The notes beneath the pieces were generated by a model. The model made no database searches. It was not told where the DNA came from and saw only the letters and a program-made list of their open reading frames with translations. From assembly GCA_027320085.1 (NCBI GenBank), contig DAHVLZ010000038.1:64001-128000 (forward strand): a stretch of DNA of 64,000 nt, read 5' to 3'. A program made the translations under genes and the position numbers. This DNA comes from Pseudomonadota bacterium (GTDB lineage Bacteria > Pseudomonadota > Gammaproteobacteria > JAKAQQ01). Shown one piece after another: positions 16,899 through 27,386 of this stretch; the stretch's first letter is position 1, and each line of letters starts with the position of its first letter.

Positions 16899-19256
16899 TC
16901 AGTGTGCCGGATTGCGGGTTTTGTAGAACCGGATCCACAACAAGCCAAATGCCAGAATGAGCAGGGCCAATGGTCCGAAGGCCCCACCACCGCCACCACC
17001 GGATGAGGGCGAAACCGTGACCGTGATCGAGGCGGGCTTGGACGTGAGTCCAGCCAGATTCGAGCAAGTCATGGTATTCGTGTACGTGCCGGGCTGATTG
17101 AAGCTGACCGCACCCGGGAAATATCCGGTCCCGGTCTTGCCGTTCCCGAAATGCCAACTTGCATTGAGGCTGCTCATGTTCGAACCGAGTGGGGTCGAGC
17201 AATAACCGGCAAAAACCACAGCCTGTCCGACGGTCGCGGACGCGTTGGTGGGATCGGTGATGGTGGCGGTTGGCGGGATGCTGGCAATGCCGGCTTGGAG
17301 GGCATTGACCAGTCCATAGCCGTAGATGCCATTCCATCCCGATCCGGTCTGTTGGCTGGCCGTCTTTTCGAGCAGGGCCGGGATGACGTCCGGACTGACC
17401 CCGGCCGACATCAGCAGGGCCGCAACCGAGGCGGTCCCCGGGGAGGCAGCCGAAGTTCCGTAAAACCCGGTCATGGATCCTTGCATGTTCACGATGTCCT
17501 CATCAGGTGCGGTGATGTCCGGGACCTGTGAGTTGTCCACTGGCGCGATCGGGCTGCACGAGGTCTCAGCGGCATTGCAGTTCCATGACAGGGTATAGGG
17601 CCCACTGCTGCTGAAAAACTCGATCGGGAACCCGGCTACGCCCCCGAACGGCACGATGGCACCGGCTTCCAGGAGGTGGGAGGTGCTCTGGCCCGGGAAA
17701 TCCCGGTCCGCACCCGCCGATCCATCCGTGTAGTAGGTGAGCGGAAAGCTGCCCGACCCGCTGGTGCTTATGATCGAGGCAATCAGCTTGAAGTTGATCG
17801 TCGACGATGGAGATGAGGTCACATTCACGGCCTGGATCACCGGGCTCACGGTTATGGTTGTGCTGCCGGTGTTGGTATAGGCCAAATACAGCGAGGGGCA
17901 GTTCTGTGCGATACCCAGCCCGGCGCTACCGCTGTTATTGCTGGGACCGGACTCCGCAAGAGGAGTGCCCGCCGTGCTGGATCCGGTGGGTGTGACCAGC
18001 TCGAGATTGAAAGCATTGTTCGTGCTCGGGCATGTACCGGTTGTTGCACTATCCGTTGGGTTGTCATTCCAGCCGATGACCAACTCAACACCATAGCCGG
18101 GAGAAATCTGGAAGTCATTGAAGGGGTTCGAGGCTTGGCCCACGCCCTTTCCAAAATCCTCAACCGTCTGGGATGTTCCACCGATCGTGGCCGTCGTGGG
18201 CACATAGCCCGCCTGGTAGAAGCCGTCTTGAACACCAAAGCCAGCCTCGCCCGCGCTATTGCCCCAGTTTCCGGCGGCAGTGAAAAAGAGCACATTCGGA
18301 TACTGCTGCATCAAAGCCTCGTATCCAATGGCATCCGGCATCGGGAAATAAAAGGTCGGAATGATTCCCAGGTCATCCGAGACAATATTCGCTCCGAAGC
18401 CCGTGATGAGAGCTTGTGCACATCCCGGAATGTCATAACTGCTCTGGATGCCGGAACAGAAACTGAGGTTCGCATCCGGTGCGTCCTGGTAGACGATCTG
18501 CATCATCCAGCTGCCCTCGTCACCGCCCTGGTCTCCTGAAGGGGGGTAGACGAATCCGACGTTGCTCGGCAGAAAACCTTGAGAGGCATAGTAGGGGTAG
18601 AAGTACGCACCATCGGAAATCAAGCCGACGTTGACTCCCTGACCCAGGTAGCCGGCCTTGTTGAGGGCCTCGCTTTGCATGGCAAGGGCCTGGATCGGAG
18701 TCTGACCGCCGGCACCGATTGGAACCGTGCGGGGGACCAAGCGTCGGGGCAGGTTCATGGTATGCACATAGATCGGATTGCGGACGAAGGCCACTCCCGG
18801 AAGTTCAGCCAGGGCCGGGAGCGCATGCAAGGGAACCCAAGCCTGGATCATCGAGGTCCAGGAAGCGGATTGGATATGCACTGCGCCCAGGGCTTCGAGA
18901 CTCGAGGGCAGAACGCTCCCCCTCGCTTTCGGGACAATCCAGACCATCGTGTCACCACAGTGGTTGACCATGGGCACAAACGTGCCCAGCGGACGGGCAT
19001 TGAAGGAGCAGCTCGCCGTGGTCTCCGGACTTGGCTGGATGAAGTTGTGGATCGCCTGGGGTTGGGACAAGACCTTGGTATGACCCAGCTGGAAAGGGGT
19101 TTTTCCGAGGTAAAGCGCTCTCAGGACCGGACTCAGCTTGGTGAGACCCGCGGGGGTCTGGGCATAGGCCCCCTGGACGGCACCCACAAGGGACAAGCTG
19201 GCTGCGGCCAGTAAGGTGGTCAGTGATGAAAAAAGGTTCTTGGGAAGGGATTTCAT
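16899..19256 (-). CDS. Secreted subtilase (S8/S53-like) with propeptide, PKD domain and GlyGly-CTERM anchor
   Basis: Signal peptide; GVNVGLISDG, DEGSWM, TAAGN, PDITAP, FYGTSAASP; PKD-like SWHFGNG...PGTYT; C-terminal GGGGGGAFG + TM helix + basic tail; AGGAG RBS before ATG 19256. Confidence 0.85.
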   Translation of the reverse strand: MKSLPKNLFSSLTTLLAAASLSLVGAVQGAYAQTPAGLTKLSPVLRALYLGKTPFQLGHTKVLSQPQAIHNFIQPSPETTASCSFNARPLGTFVPMVNHCGDTMVWIVPKARGSVLPSSLEALGAVHIQSASWTSMIQAWVPLHALPALAELPGVAFVRNPIYVHTMNLPRRLVPRTVPIGAGGQTPIQALAMQSEALNKAGYLGQGVNVGLISDGAYFYPYYASQGFLPSNVGFVYPPSGDQGGDEGSWMMQIVYQDAPDANLSFCSGIQSSYDIPGCAQALITGFGANIVSDDLGIIPTFYFPMPDAIGYEALMQQYPNVLFFTAAGNWGNSAGEAGFGVQDGFYQAGYVPTTATIGGTSQTVEDFGKGVGQASNPFNDFQISPGYGVELVIGWNDNPTDSATTGTCPSTNNAFNLELVTPTGSSTAGTPLAESGPSNNSGSAGLGIAQNCPSLYLAYTNTGSTTITVSPVIQAVNVTSSPSSTINFKLIASIISTSGSGSFPLTYYTDGSAGADRDFPGQSTSHLLEAGAIVPFGGVAGFPIEFFSSSGPYTLSWNCNAAETSCSPIAPVDNSQVPDITAPDEDIVNMQGSMTGFYGTSAASPGTASVAALLMSAGVSPDVIPALLEKTASQQTGSGWNGIYGYGLVNALQAGIASIPPTATITDPTNASATVGQAVVFAGYCSTPLGSNMSSLNASWHFGNGKTGTGYFPGAVSFNQPGTYTNTMTCSNLAGLTSKPASITVTVSPSSGGGGGGAFGPLALLILAFGLLWIRFYKTRNPAH

Positions 19257-19393
19257 GGCCGGATCTCCTATAGATTCCATAACCGGTTGAACAACCGTCA
19301 GCGGATCCTAACATGGAGGAATAGGTGCCTGCAACGGGAACGCATCAAGCTTTTATATTGGCCTTGCCGTGCTTGCTCGAAGAATGCTTCCCC

Positions 19394-20347
19394 CTAACCT
19401 GCCCAACCATGAAGATCGACCGGGGGGGCAGCCTGTTCCCAGCGATCATCGAAACGGTGGATTTCCGGGAGGGTCTGGTGGGGATCCTCCAGCCGGAGAT
19501 AGGCTCGGATTTCTTCCGTGACTGGAATCCGGACCAGATGGTGGTGGTCACCCATGACACAGGCTCCGCGAGGTTCCCGATCGTCGGGTGAGGGACAACG
19601 GATTGCAACATGGGTGGGCAGCTGTCGAGCCAGGTCATTCCAGTTCGCCATCTCCGGTCTGCCCAGGACGTCGGGCAGTGCCAGAATCCGGACCGCGTAA
19701 GGCAACGGGCTTCCGTTCTTGCTCAAACGCAGGGCAGTCTCCAGGATGTCGGTCCAGGTCTCGCGGATGGGCAGGTGATCAGGGGACTCGATCCTCAGGC
19801 ATCGCCGGGTCATCCGGGTCAGCTGGCGGATCGCCCGGGCGATCCGGTCCGGACCTTCCACCACCTGGCTGATGGGAGTCCGGGTCGGCCGGCTCATTTT
19901 CAGGTGGGGGATGCCGGCTTCATAAAACAGTAGTCCCTCTTCCTCAAACCCGTGCCGATGGTAAAAGGGGAGGGCGTGGATCTGGGCATGGAGGTAGCAG
20001 CTTGCATGGGACAACTCGCCTGCCCACTCGAGGAGTGCCTCGAGAACCCGACTGCCCGCCCCGAAGCCCCGGGCCTCCTCCAGGACCGCCATCCTTCCGA
20101 TTTTCCCATGCGGATCCAGACGTCCCGTGGCAATGGGCCGGTGTGTGCGGTTCTCGACCAGGATGTGTCGGCAGAATGCGTCACTGCCATCCCACTCGAG
20201 GTCAGGGGGAACCCGTTGTTCCAGGACGAATACCTGGTGGCGGATCGCACGGATGGAGGGTTCGTGTTCCGGCCAGGTCGCCCGGTAAACACGGTAAGGC
20301 CGGCCCGGGTCAGGTGTGCCGAGACGCTTGTTGTCTGAGTTCATCAA
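19394..20347 (-). CDS. GNAT (ElaA/YjcF-like) N-acetyltransferase fused to an uncharacterised C-terminal domain
   Basis: IRHQVFVLEQ, IGRMAVL, RGFGAG, LHAQ..ALPFY..HGF, EAGIPHLKM, then about 160 extra aa. Confidence 0.85.
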   Translation of the reverse strand: MMNSDNKRLGTPDPGRPYRVYRATWPEHEPSIRAIRHQVFVLEQRVPPDLEWDGSDAFCRHILVENRTHRPIATGRLDPHGKIGRMAVLEEARGFGAGSRVLEALLEWAGELSHASCYLHAQIHALPFYHRHGFEEEGLLFYEAGIPHLKMSRPTRTPISQVVEGPDRIARAIRQLTRMTRRCLRIESPDHLPIRETWTDILETALRLSKNGSPLPYAVRILALPDVLGRPEMANWNDLARQLPTHVAIRCPSPDDREPRGACVMGDHHHLVRIPVTEEIRAYLRLEDPHQTLPEIHRFDDRWEQAAPPVDLHGWAG

Positions 20348-21710
20348 AACGTTCGGCGAGCTCCACCGCCAGGCCGAGGTAGGTGATGGGGCTGAGACGT
20401 TCCAGGGATTGCCGGGTCTCGGTATCGAGGTCGAGGCCCTGAATCCATGTTTTCAGGCTGGCGGCATCCAAAGATTGCCCCCGGGTGAGCGATTTGAGCC
20501 GCTCATAGGCGTCGGGGTCTCCCCGAAGCCTCAACAGGGTTTGAAGACCCTCGGCAATGACTTCGGGATGGGCCAGGAGATCCTCACGGATCCGCGCGGT
20601 ATCGGGTTCAAGGCGCAACAGGCCTTCGCGGAGGGTACGCCAGGCGAGAAGGGTATGCCCCAGTGCGGGGGTCAGGCTCCGCTGGGCCGTCGAGTCGCTG
20701 AGGTCTCTCTGGAAGCGGGAGACGGGGAGTTTGTCCGACAGATGGCGGAGCAGGGCGTTTGCGACCCCCAAGTTGCCCTCCGCGTTTTCAAAGGCAATCG
20801 GGTTGACCTTGTGCGGCATGGTCGAGGAACCGACTTCTCCCGAGATAACCCGCTGAATGAAATAGCCCCAAGAAATATAACCCCAGAAATCGCGGCAAAG
20901 GCCGGTCAGGATGCGGTTGGTGCGGGCGAGGAGATCCAGCCAGGCCGAGAGGCGATCATGCGGTTCGATTTGCGTGGTCAGGGGCTGGAAATCCAGACCG
21001 AAGGACCGGACAAACTCGGCCGTGAGCGATACCCAGTCGACGTCGGGCAAGGCCAGTTGATGGGCATTGTAATTACCCACTGCGCCATTGAACTTGCCGC
21101 TGAATCGGAAGACCGACAACGCATCCCGGCAATCCGCGAGACGCCAGGCAAAGTTGGCCAGCTCCTTGCCCAGGGTTGTGGGGGAAGCCGGTTGGCCATG
21201 GGTACGGGACAGCATGGGCACACGGGAATGCCGGCGGGATTCTTTCAAAAGCCAGTCCAAGACTTGACTGAGGGCAGGAACCAAAAAGTTCTGCTGGGCA
21301 TCCTTCCAGATCAAACTGTAGGCCAGGTTGTTGATGTCTTCCGAGGTGGCGGCAAAATGCCAGAACGGTGCGAGCGTCGCCCCGAATGTTTCTCCTGCCA
21401 TAGCTTCCCTGAGAAAAAGCTCAACGGCCTTGACATCATGCCGCACGGACGATTCGATGGCCTTGATCCGGAGGGCAGCGGTCGGGTTGAAGTCCTGGAT
21501 TCTAGCTTCGAGAGTCGCTCGATCCTCCGCTGAAAGAGCAGGGAAAAGCCGATTCGCCAGTTTTTGGTCCAGCCACAGGAGCCAGCGGATCTCGATCTCG
21601 GTGCGTCTCCGGAACAGGGCATACTCACCCATGGCCTGTCCGAAGTCGGAGAGGATCTCCGCGTACCGGCTGTCCAGAGGTGACAGGGAGCAGAGGTCTG
21701 GTGGGTCCAT
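20310..21710 (-). CDS. purB: Adenylosuccinate lyase
   Basis: LSPLDSRY, HDVKAVE, HFAATSEDINN, RTHGQPASPTTLGKE, GSSTMPHKVNPIAFENAEGN, SRFQRDLSDST. Confidence 0.97.
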   Translation of the reverse strand: MDPPDLCSLSPLDSRYAEILSDFGQAMGEYALFRRRTEIEIRWLLWLDQKLANRLFPALSAEDRATLEARIQDFNPTAALRIKAIESSVRHDVKAVELFLREAMAGETFGATLAPFWHFAATSEDINNLAYSLIWKDAQQNFLVPALSQVLDWLLKESRRHSRVPMLSRTHGQPASPTTLGKELANFAWRLADCRDALSVFRFSGKFNGAVGNYNAHQLALPDVDWVSLTAEFVRSFGLDFQPLTTQIEPHDRLSAWLDLLARTNRILTGLCRDFWGYISWGYFIQRVISGEVGSSTMPHKVNPIAFENAEGNLGVANALLRHLSDKLPVSRFQRDLSDSTAQRSLTPALGHTLLAWRTLREGLLRLEPDTARIREDLLAHPEVIAEGLQTLLRLRGDPDAYERLKSLTRGQSLDAASLKTWIQGLDLDTETRQSLERLSPITYLGLAVELAERFDELRQQASRHT

Positions 21711-21778
21711 GCGTTTTCGGAGTTAAAATAAGCTCTTGCATGATAACTGAAGCCAGCCTGCCCTGCAGGGGAGAAGTG

Positions 21779-23200
<1,422 letters not shown>

Positions 23201-23392
23201 GCAGTTGGCGGGTTCTTTTGCCGGGTCTGTGCAAATCGCGCAAGCGCAGCGACCAGACAGACAATGCGCAACCTCCATGCGTGATTATGCTATTTCAGGC
23301 GTGGGAGGAAGGTCGATCCGGCCGTGGCATGACGGTCTGCATTCTGGCTCCGGTGATCGGCAGGTGAAGGTCGCTCCGGGTACACTTCAAGC

Positions 23393-23881
23393 ATGAAATC
23401 TTCAGGCTTGGACCAGGAACCCCTCCTGTTTTCATCCGCTGATGCCCGGGCCCGTTTCGGCGGGCTATGGGAGACCGCGTGGGAAATACAGGAAGCCGCT
23501 TCGCGAGCCGGCTTTGATTGGGAAACCCGCTCGGCAATATTGGATAAGCTGGCAGAAGAACTGGAAGAACTCAGGGTTGCAGACCGGGAGATTTCACAGA
23601 CTTCACGGACGGAAGAACTCGGAGATCTCTTGTTCGTCTTGATTCATTATGCGTGGTGGGCTGGAATCCCCGTGGACCGGGCGCTCGAAAGCAGTACGAG
23701 CAAATTCCGTCGCCGATTCGATGCGCTTCAGGATGCTGTGGCCCTCCAGGGCCGGAAACTCACTGAGATGTCTCCTGGCGAACTGGATTCAATCTGGCAG
23801 GAGGTCAAGCGGCAACTTGCGGCTTCGCCCGATGCTGGAGCCGAGTACGGAGAGTCCCGACGGGAACGATCCGATGTCTGA
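23393..23881 (+). CDS. Single-domain MazG-family nucleotide pyrophosphohydrolase
   Basis: QEAASRAGFDW, KLAEELEEL, EELGDLLF, KFRRRF and LDSIWQEVK match the MazG C-terminal domain only. Confidence 0.85.
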   Translation: MKSSGLDQEPLLFSSADARARFGGLWETAWEIQEAASRAGFDWETRSAILDKLAEELEELRVADREISQTSRTEELGDLLFVLIHYAWWAGIPVDRALESSTSKFRRRFDALQDAVALQGRKLTEMSPGELDSIWQEVKRQLAASPDAGAEYGESRRERSDV

Positions 23882-24656
23882 CTGGTGGGAGAATCCTTAC
23901 GGCGTCGCCTTGGGTGATGCGCTGACCCTGCAGGTGGGTGAGCTGGACTTCGTGGCTGAACGGTTGCCTTCGGAATGGAACTTTTTTTGGAACTACCGCA
24001 TGGGGGGTGTGACTCAGCCCCGGATTGACCGGAAAACTGCCGGGTCGGCGGAATGGGCCCATTGGTCAAGTTGCCGATACCCGTTTCGTGATCCACCGGG
24101 ATCTCTGGCCTTTATGCCGCAACTTGCGGATCGGCCATTGGTGACAAAACCGGTCATGCCACTCCTGGTTCCGCCTGCGGAAAGCCTGACCCTGTGGATT
24201 TCAAGTCCGCTCTGGTGTCGACTCGAGGTCAGGACGGAGGACCGGTCCATTCCCCTGGATCTGGACCTGCCGGTCCTCCGGTTTTCAGAAACCTGGTTCG
24301 GGCCCGACACACTCAATGGAGATTTGGCCTATGCATCAACCACGCGAGCCCGGATGAATCCCTACCTGACCCGGGATGAGTGGATTGACTTCCGGATCCA
24401 GACGCCGGTCATCATTCACAATGAGGAGGCCCAGGTCATCCGGGTCGAGCGCCTGAATCTGCCGCTTCCGGCCTGCGGTCTTTATCTTGCCCAAGAGGGA
24501 CTGATTACCGATACCCTGGTCTGGCACCGGGCAGGTCATGGACAGAAAGCCTCACTGGAACGAATTCCCCCCGTCCACGGCAGGCCCGTGGCTCCTCCCC
24601 GGCAGGCCGGCAATGTTTCCATCCTGACCCGGGCGTTCACCCGGCTTTTCGACTGA
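23874..24656 (+). CDS. Conserved hypothetical protein (DUF432-like), upstream of mscS
   Basis: PQLADRPLVTKP, LWISSPLW, SETWFGPDTLNGDLAYA, VERLNLP; ATG overlaps the mazG-domain gene stop. Family assignment from memory. Confidence 0.7.
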   Translation: MSDWWENPYGVALGDALTLQVGELDFVAERLPSEWNFFWNYRMGGVTQPRIDRKTAGSAEWAHWSSCRYPFRDPPGSLAFMPQLADRPLVTKPVMPLLVPPAESLTLWISSPLWCRLEVRTEDRSIPLDLDLPVLRFSETWFGPDTLNGDLAYASTTRARMNPYLTRDEWIDFRIQTPVIIHNEEAQVIRVERLNLPLPACGLYLAQEGLITDTLVWHRAGHGQKASLERIPPVHGRPVAPPRQAGNVSILTRAFTRLFD

Positions 24657-24665
24657 GGCGGGATC

Positions 24666-25520
24666 GTGTCGTTGCCTGCGGCCTGGATCGCTCACGTGCC
24701 CATTGCTCGGGGCATCACCGGTGCGGTCATCCTGCTGGTGGGCACTTTTTTGGCCGTGACGCTGGCCCGCCTCGTGGAACGCTGGTGCATCGAGCGCTAC
24801 GATGCCCGGCGAGCTCGCATTCTGCGCCGGGTTGTCCATTATTCCGTGATGGTCCTGGTTATCTTGATCGCCCTAAACGAGCTGGGTGTGGGGATCGGTG
24901 TATTGCTTGGGGCCGCGGGTATCCTTTCCTTGGGTCTCGGCTTTGCCAGTCAGACGGCGCTATCCAATATCATCAGCGGGCTTTTTCTTCTCGGCGAACA
25001 TTCTTTCAATATGGGCGATTTCATCCAGGTCGGTAGCTTGACAGGAGAGGTTCTGGCTATTGACCTGCTTTCGGTCAAACTCAGAACCTATGACAATTTA
25101 TATGTGCGGGTTCCGAACGAGACCCTGATCAAGGGAGAGATCACGAATCTTACGCGGTTGCCAATCCGGCGTGTGGACTTGTCGATCGGGGTTGCGTATG
25201 ACGCCGACCTGAATGCCGTGCGCGATGCGCTTCTCGGTCTGGCCCGGCAAAGCACCTTGTGCCTGGAAGAACCAGCGCCCACGGTGGTGTTTTCGAACTT
25301 TGGGGCCAGTACAGTCAATCTCCTTTTTTCCGTCTGGATCCGGCGCCAGAACTATTCACTCGTCATGAATGAGCTCGCGAGCGGGGTGATCCGCGAATTC
25401 GGGAAACGGGGGATTGATTTGCCCTATCCCCAGCAGACGATCCATTTTGCCTCGACGGATCCCCTCCGGATTGAAAAAGAAATCCCGGGGGCTCGCATTC
25501 ACTCGGAGTCTGAACCATGA
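24666..25520 (+). CDS. Small-conductance mechanosensitive channel (MscS family)
   Basis: Three TM helices, LLGAAGILSLGLGFASQTALSNIISG, GDFIQVG, VPNETL, RRVDLSIGVAYD, GIDLPYPQ. Confidence 0.93.
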   Translation: MSLPAAWIAHVPIARGITGAVILLVGTFLAVTLARLVERWCIERYDARRARILRRVVHYSVMVLVILIALNELGVGIGVLLGAAGILSLGLGFASQTALSNIISGLFLLGEHSFNMGDFIQVGSLTGEVLAIDLLSVKLRTYDNLYVRVPNETLIKGEITNLTRLPIRRVDLSIGVAYDADLNAVRDALLGLARQSTLCLEEPAPTVVFSNFGASTVNLLFSVWIRRQNYSLVMNELASGVIREFGKRGIDLPYPQQTIHFASTDPLRIEKEIPGARIHSESEP

Positions 25521-26692
25521 GCGGTCTCCGGTCCCTCTGGGGCCGTCTGTCCCGTCAGATGCGGGATACCCTCGATTCGGGGACCTTGCACTGGATTCTC
25601 TCGCTTTGGGTGATTACGCTCGGGGTCGTGAGCGGTGTCGACGACGGATTCTGGAGATCCGTTCTCCTGGCCCGCCTGCCCCTGCCTGGCCCGGGTTTTA
25701 ACCCGTGGGTGCATTCCCTGTTCTGGACGGTCTCGTTCATCCTGTTCGGGATCGGACTCCTGTCACGATCCCGCCTGATCTGGTTTCTCACCCTGATGCT
25801 GCTTTTTGTGCGTCTGGCCTGGCTGGCCCGACTGGGGGCGCTTGGGGTGGATCCCGTGCTGAGCGTGGGAATCGGCATTGCGGTCTTGTTCTTGATCAAG
25901 CTGAGTCGGCGGTTTCGCCGCAGCAGTCTCGGGAGTGGTGCCCTTCTGGCCACGATTCTTTTGGTGTTTCTTTTTGGCTATTCCGTTCTTGGCACCTACC
26001 TCTTGGGCCGCGAGTTTACGCCACCCGTCCACTCGCTCCTGACGGCCCTTTATTTTTCGGTTGTGACCTTGTCCACGGTCGGCTATGGAGATATCACCCC
26101 CCATGGGGTGGAGGCCCGTTTGTTTGTGAGTTCGGTCATTCTGCTCGGCTTGACGGTCCTCACCGTCTCACTCAGCGCGATTATTCTTCCGGTTCTGCAA
26201 CGCCGGCTGGAGTCCCTGATCATGCCCAATCGAGTCATTCACCCCCGTCGCAACCACTTTCTGATCGCGGGCAATTCATCCCTCGCCCGGAATGCCTACC
26301 GGGAGCTCAACCAGCGCAAGCAGAAGGTCACTTTTATCGTGAATGAGCCCTTTGAGATTGCCGGAGAATCCAAGTTGGACATTGTCGTGGGAGATGCAAC
26401 CGATCTCGAGGTGCTCCGTAATGTGCAGGCCAGCCAGGCCAAGGCCTTGCTGGCCCTGAGCGATGATGACTCCGAGAATGCCTTTGTGGTCCTGGCCGCC
26501 AAGGAACTCGATCCTCCCGTCAAAACGGTTGCCGTGGTCCATAACTCGAAGAACCTCGCACGCTTGAAGCGCGTCCGCCCGGATATCCTCCTTGCCCCTC
26601 AGGTGATGGGAGGTCGGGTTCTGGCCATGTATCTGACCGGCCAGAAAATAGAAGCGGACCGGTTCATGGACGATTTTCTCTCAATAATATAG
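25517..26692 (+). CDS. kch: Kch-like potassium channel with RCK/TrkA_N domain
   Basis: Selectivity filter YFSVVTLSTVGYGDITP; RCK domain (NHFLIAGNSSLA, GDATD, DDSENAFVVLAAK); ATGA overlap with mscS. Confidence 0.88.
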   Translation: MSGLRSLWGRLSRQMRDTLDSGTLHWILSLWVITLGVVSGVDDGFWRSVLLARLPLPGPGFNPWVHSLFWTVSFILFGIGLLSRSRLIWFLTLMLLFVRLAWLARLGALGVDPVLSVGIGIAVLFLIKLSRRFRRSSLGSGALLATILLVFLFGYSVLGTYLLGREFTPPVHSLLTALYFSVVTLSTVGYGDITPHGVEARLFVSSVILLGLTVLTVSLSAIILPVLQRRLESLIMPNRVIHPRRNHFLIAGNSSLARNAYRELNQRKQKVTFIVNEPFEIAGESKLDIVVGDATDLEVLRNVQASQAKALLALSDDDSENAFVVLAAKELDPPVKTVAVVHNSKNLARLKRVRPDILLAPQVMGGRVLAMYLTGQKIEADRFMDDFLSII

Positions 26693-26826
26693 GGGCCGGA
26701 TTGGAGGTGCAGCCGCGCCCCGGGGGGGTGGGCTCTGGAGTTCATTATTCTGTGAGATGGGTCTATACTGGAACTGGGTTGCCCTGTGTTGGTCTTTACG
26801 CAAAGGTGCACCCGTTGGAGGTTTCC

Positions 26827-27273
26827 ATGATGAAGCGAACATTGCTTGTACTCTCCCTAATCGGATTCGGGGGATGGAGTGGCTTGGTTTTTGCCCAATC
26901 AGCCTTGGTTAGCCCATCCCAGCCCCATGCCGTCATTTCGACCGGACTGCCGGCCAGTACGCATTGGTATGCCGTGAAAATCGTCACGATTGACGGGCAA
27001 TTAATGCCTTTGCACGCGAATCGGCATGACTACTGGGTTTCACCTGGGCGCCATACCGTGAGCTTTCAGGTCATGATGAACGACCTGACCGGGGGGCCGG
27101 GAATCTGGCCGTCCGGGATGAGGGGTCCGGAGCAGCGTCGAAGCCTCACCTTGAACCTGAAACAGGGGTGGGAGTACTTTTTCGGAGCCAAAGTGGAACA
27201 TAGCAAAGCTTCCACCTGGAAGCCTTTTTTGATCATGAAGAAAAGGCTTTCCGGGGCACGTATGAAACCCTAA
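26827..27273 (+). CDS. Exported hypothetical protein, basic and beta-rich
   Basis: GGAGG RBS, Sec signal MMKRTLLVLSLIGFGGWSGLVFA, fills the gap between kch and degV. Confidence 0.75.
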   Translation: MMKRTLLVLSLIGFGGWSGLVFAQSALVSPSQPHAVISTGLPASTHWYAVKIVTIDGQLMPLHANRHDYWVSPGRHTVSFQVMMNDLTGGPGIWPSGMRGPEQRRSLTLNLKQGWEYFFGAKVEHSKASTWKPFLIMKKRLSGARMKP

Positions 27274-27333
27274 TCGCCTGTTTCGTGATCCATCCGAAGG
27301 GTGAATAGCGTTTTCTTTTTGTTCTAGAAACAT

Positions 27334-27362
27334 GGGGCCTGGTCTGCCAGGCCCCTGATTTT
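27334..27362 (+). terminator. Stem-loop, probable terminator
   Basis: Perfect 9-bp stem GGGGCCTGG-TCTG-CCAGGCCCC followed by TGATTTT. Confidence 0.55.
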
Positions 27363-27386
27363 GTGGAACACCTGCTGGAGAACAAT

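Noticed and set aside
20316-21533. 405-aa plus-strand ORF
   Set aside because: Antisense to purB with no recognisable domain
23393-23881. MazG-domain gene as an anti-phage or toxin-antitoxin component, or as a pseudogene
   Set aside because: No defence or mazEF genes adjacent; the ORF is intact with acidic motifs and I saw no frameshifted N-terminal remnant
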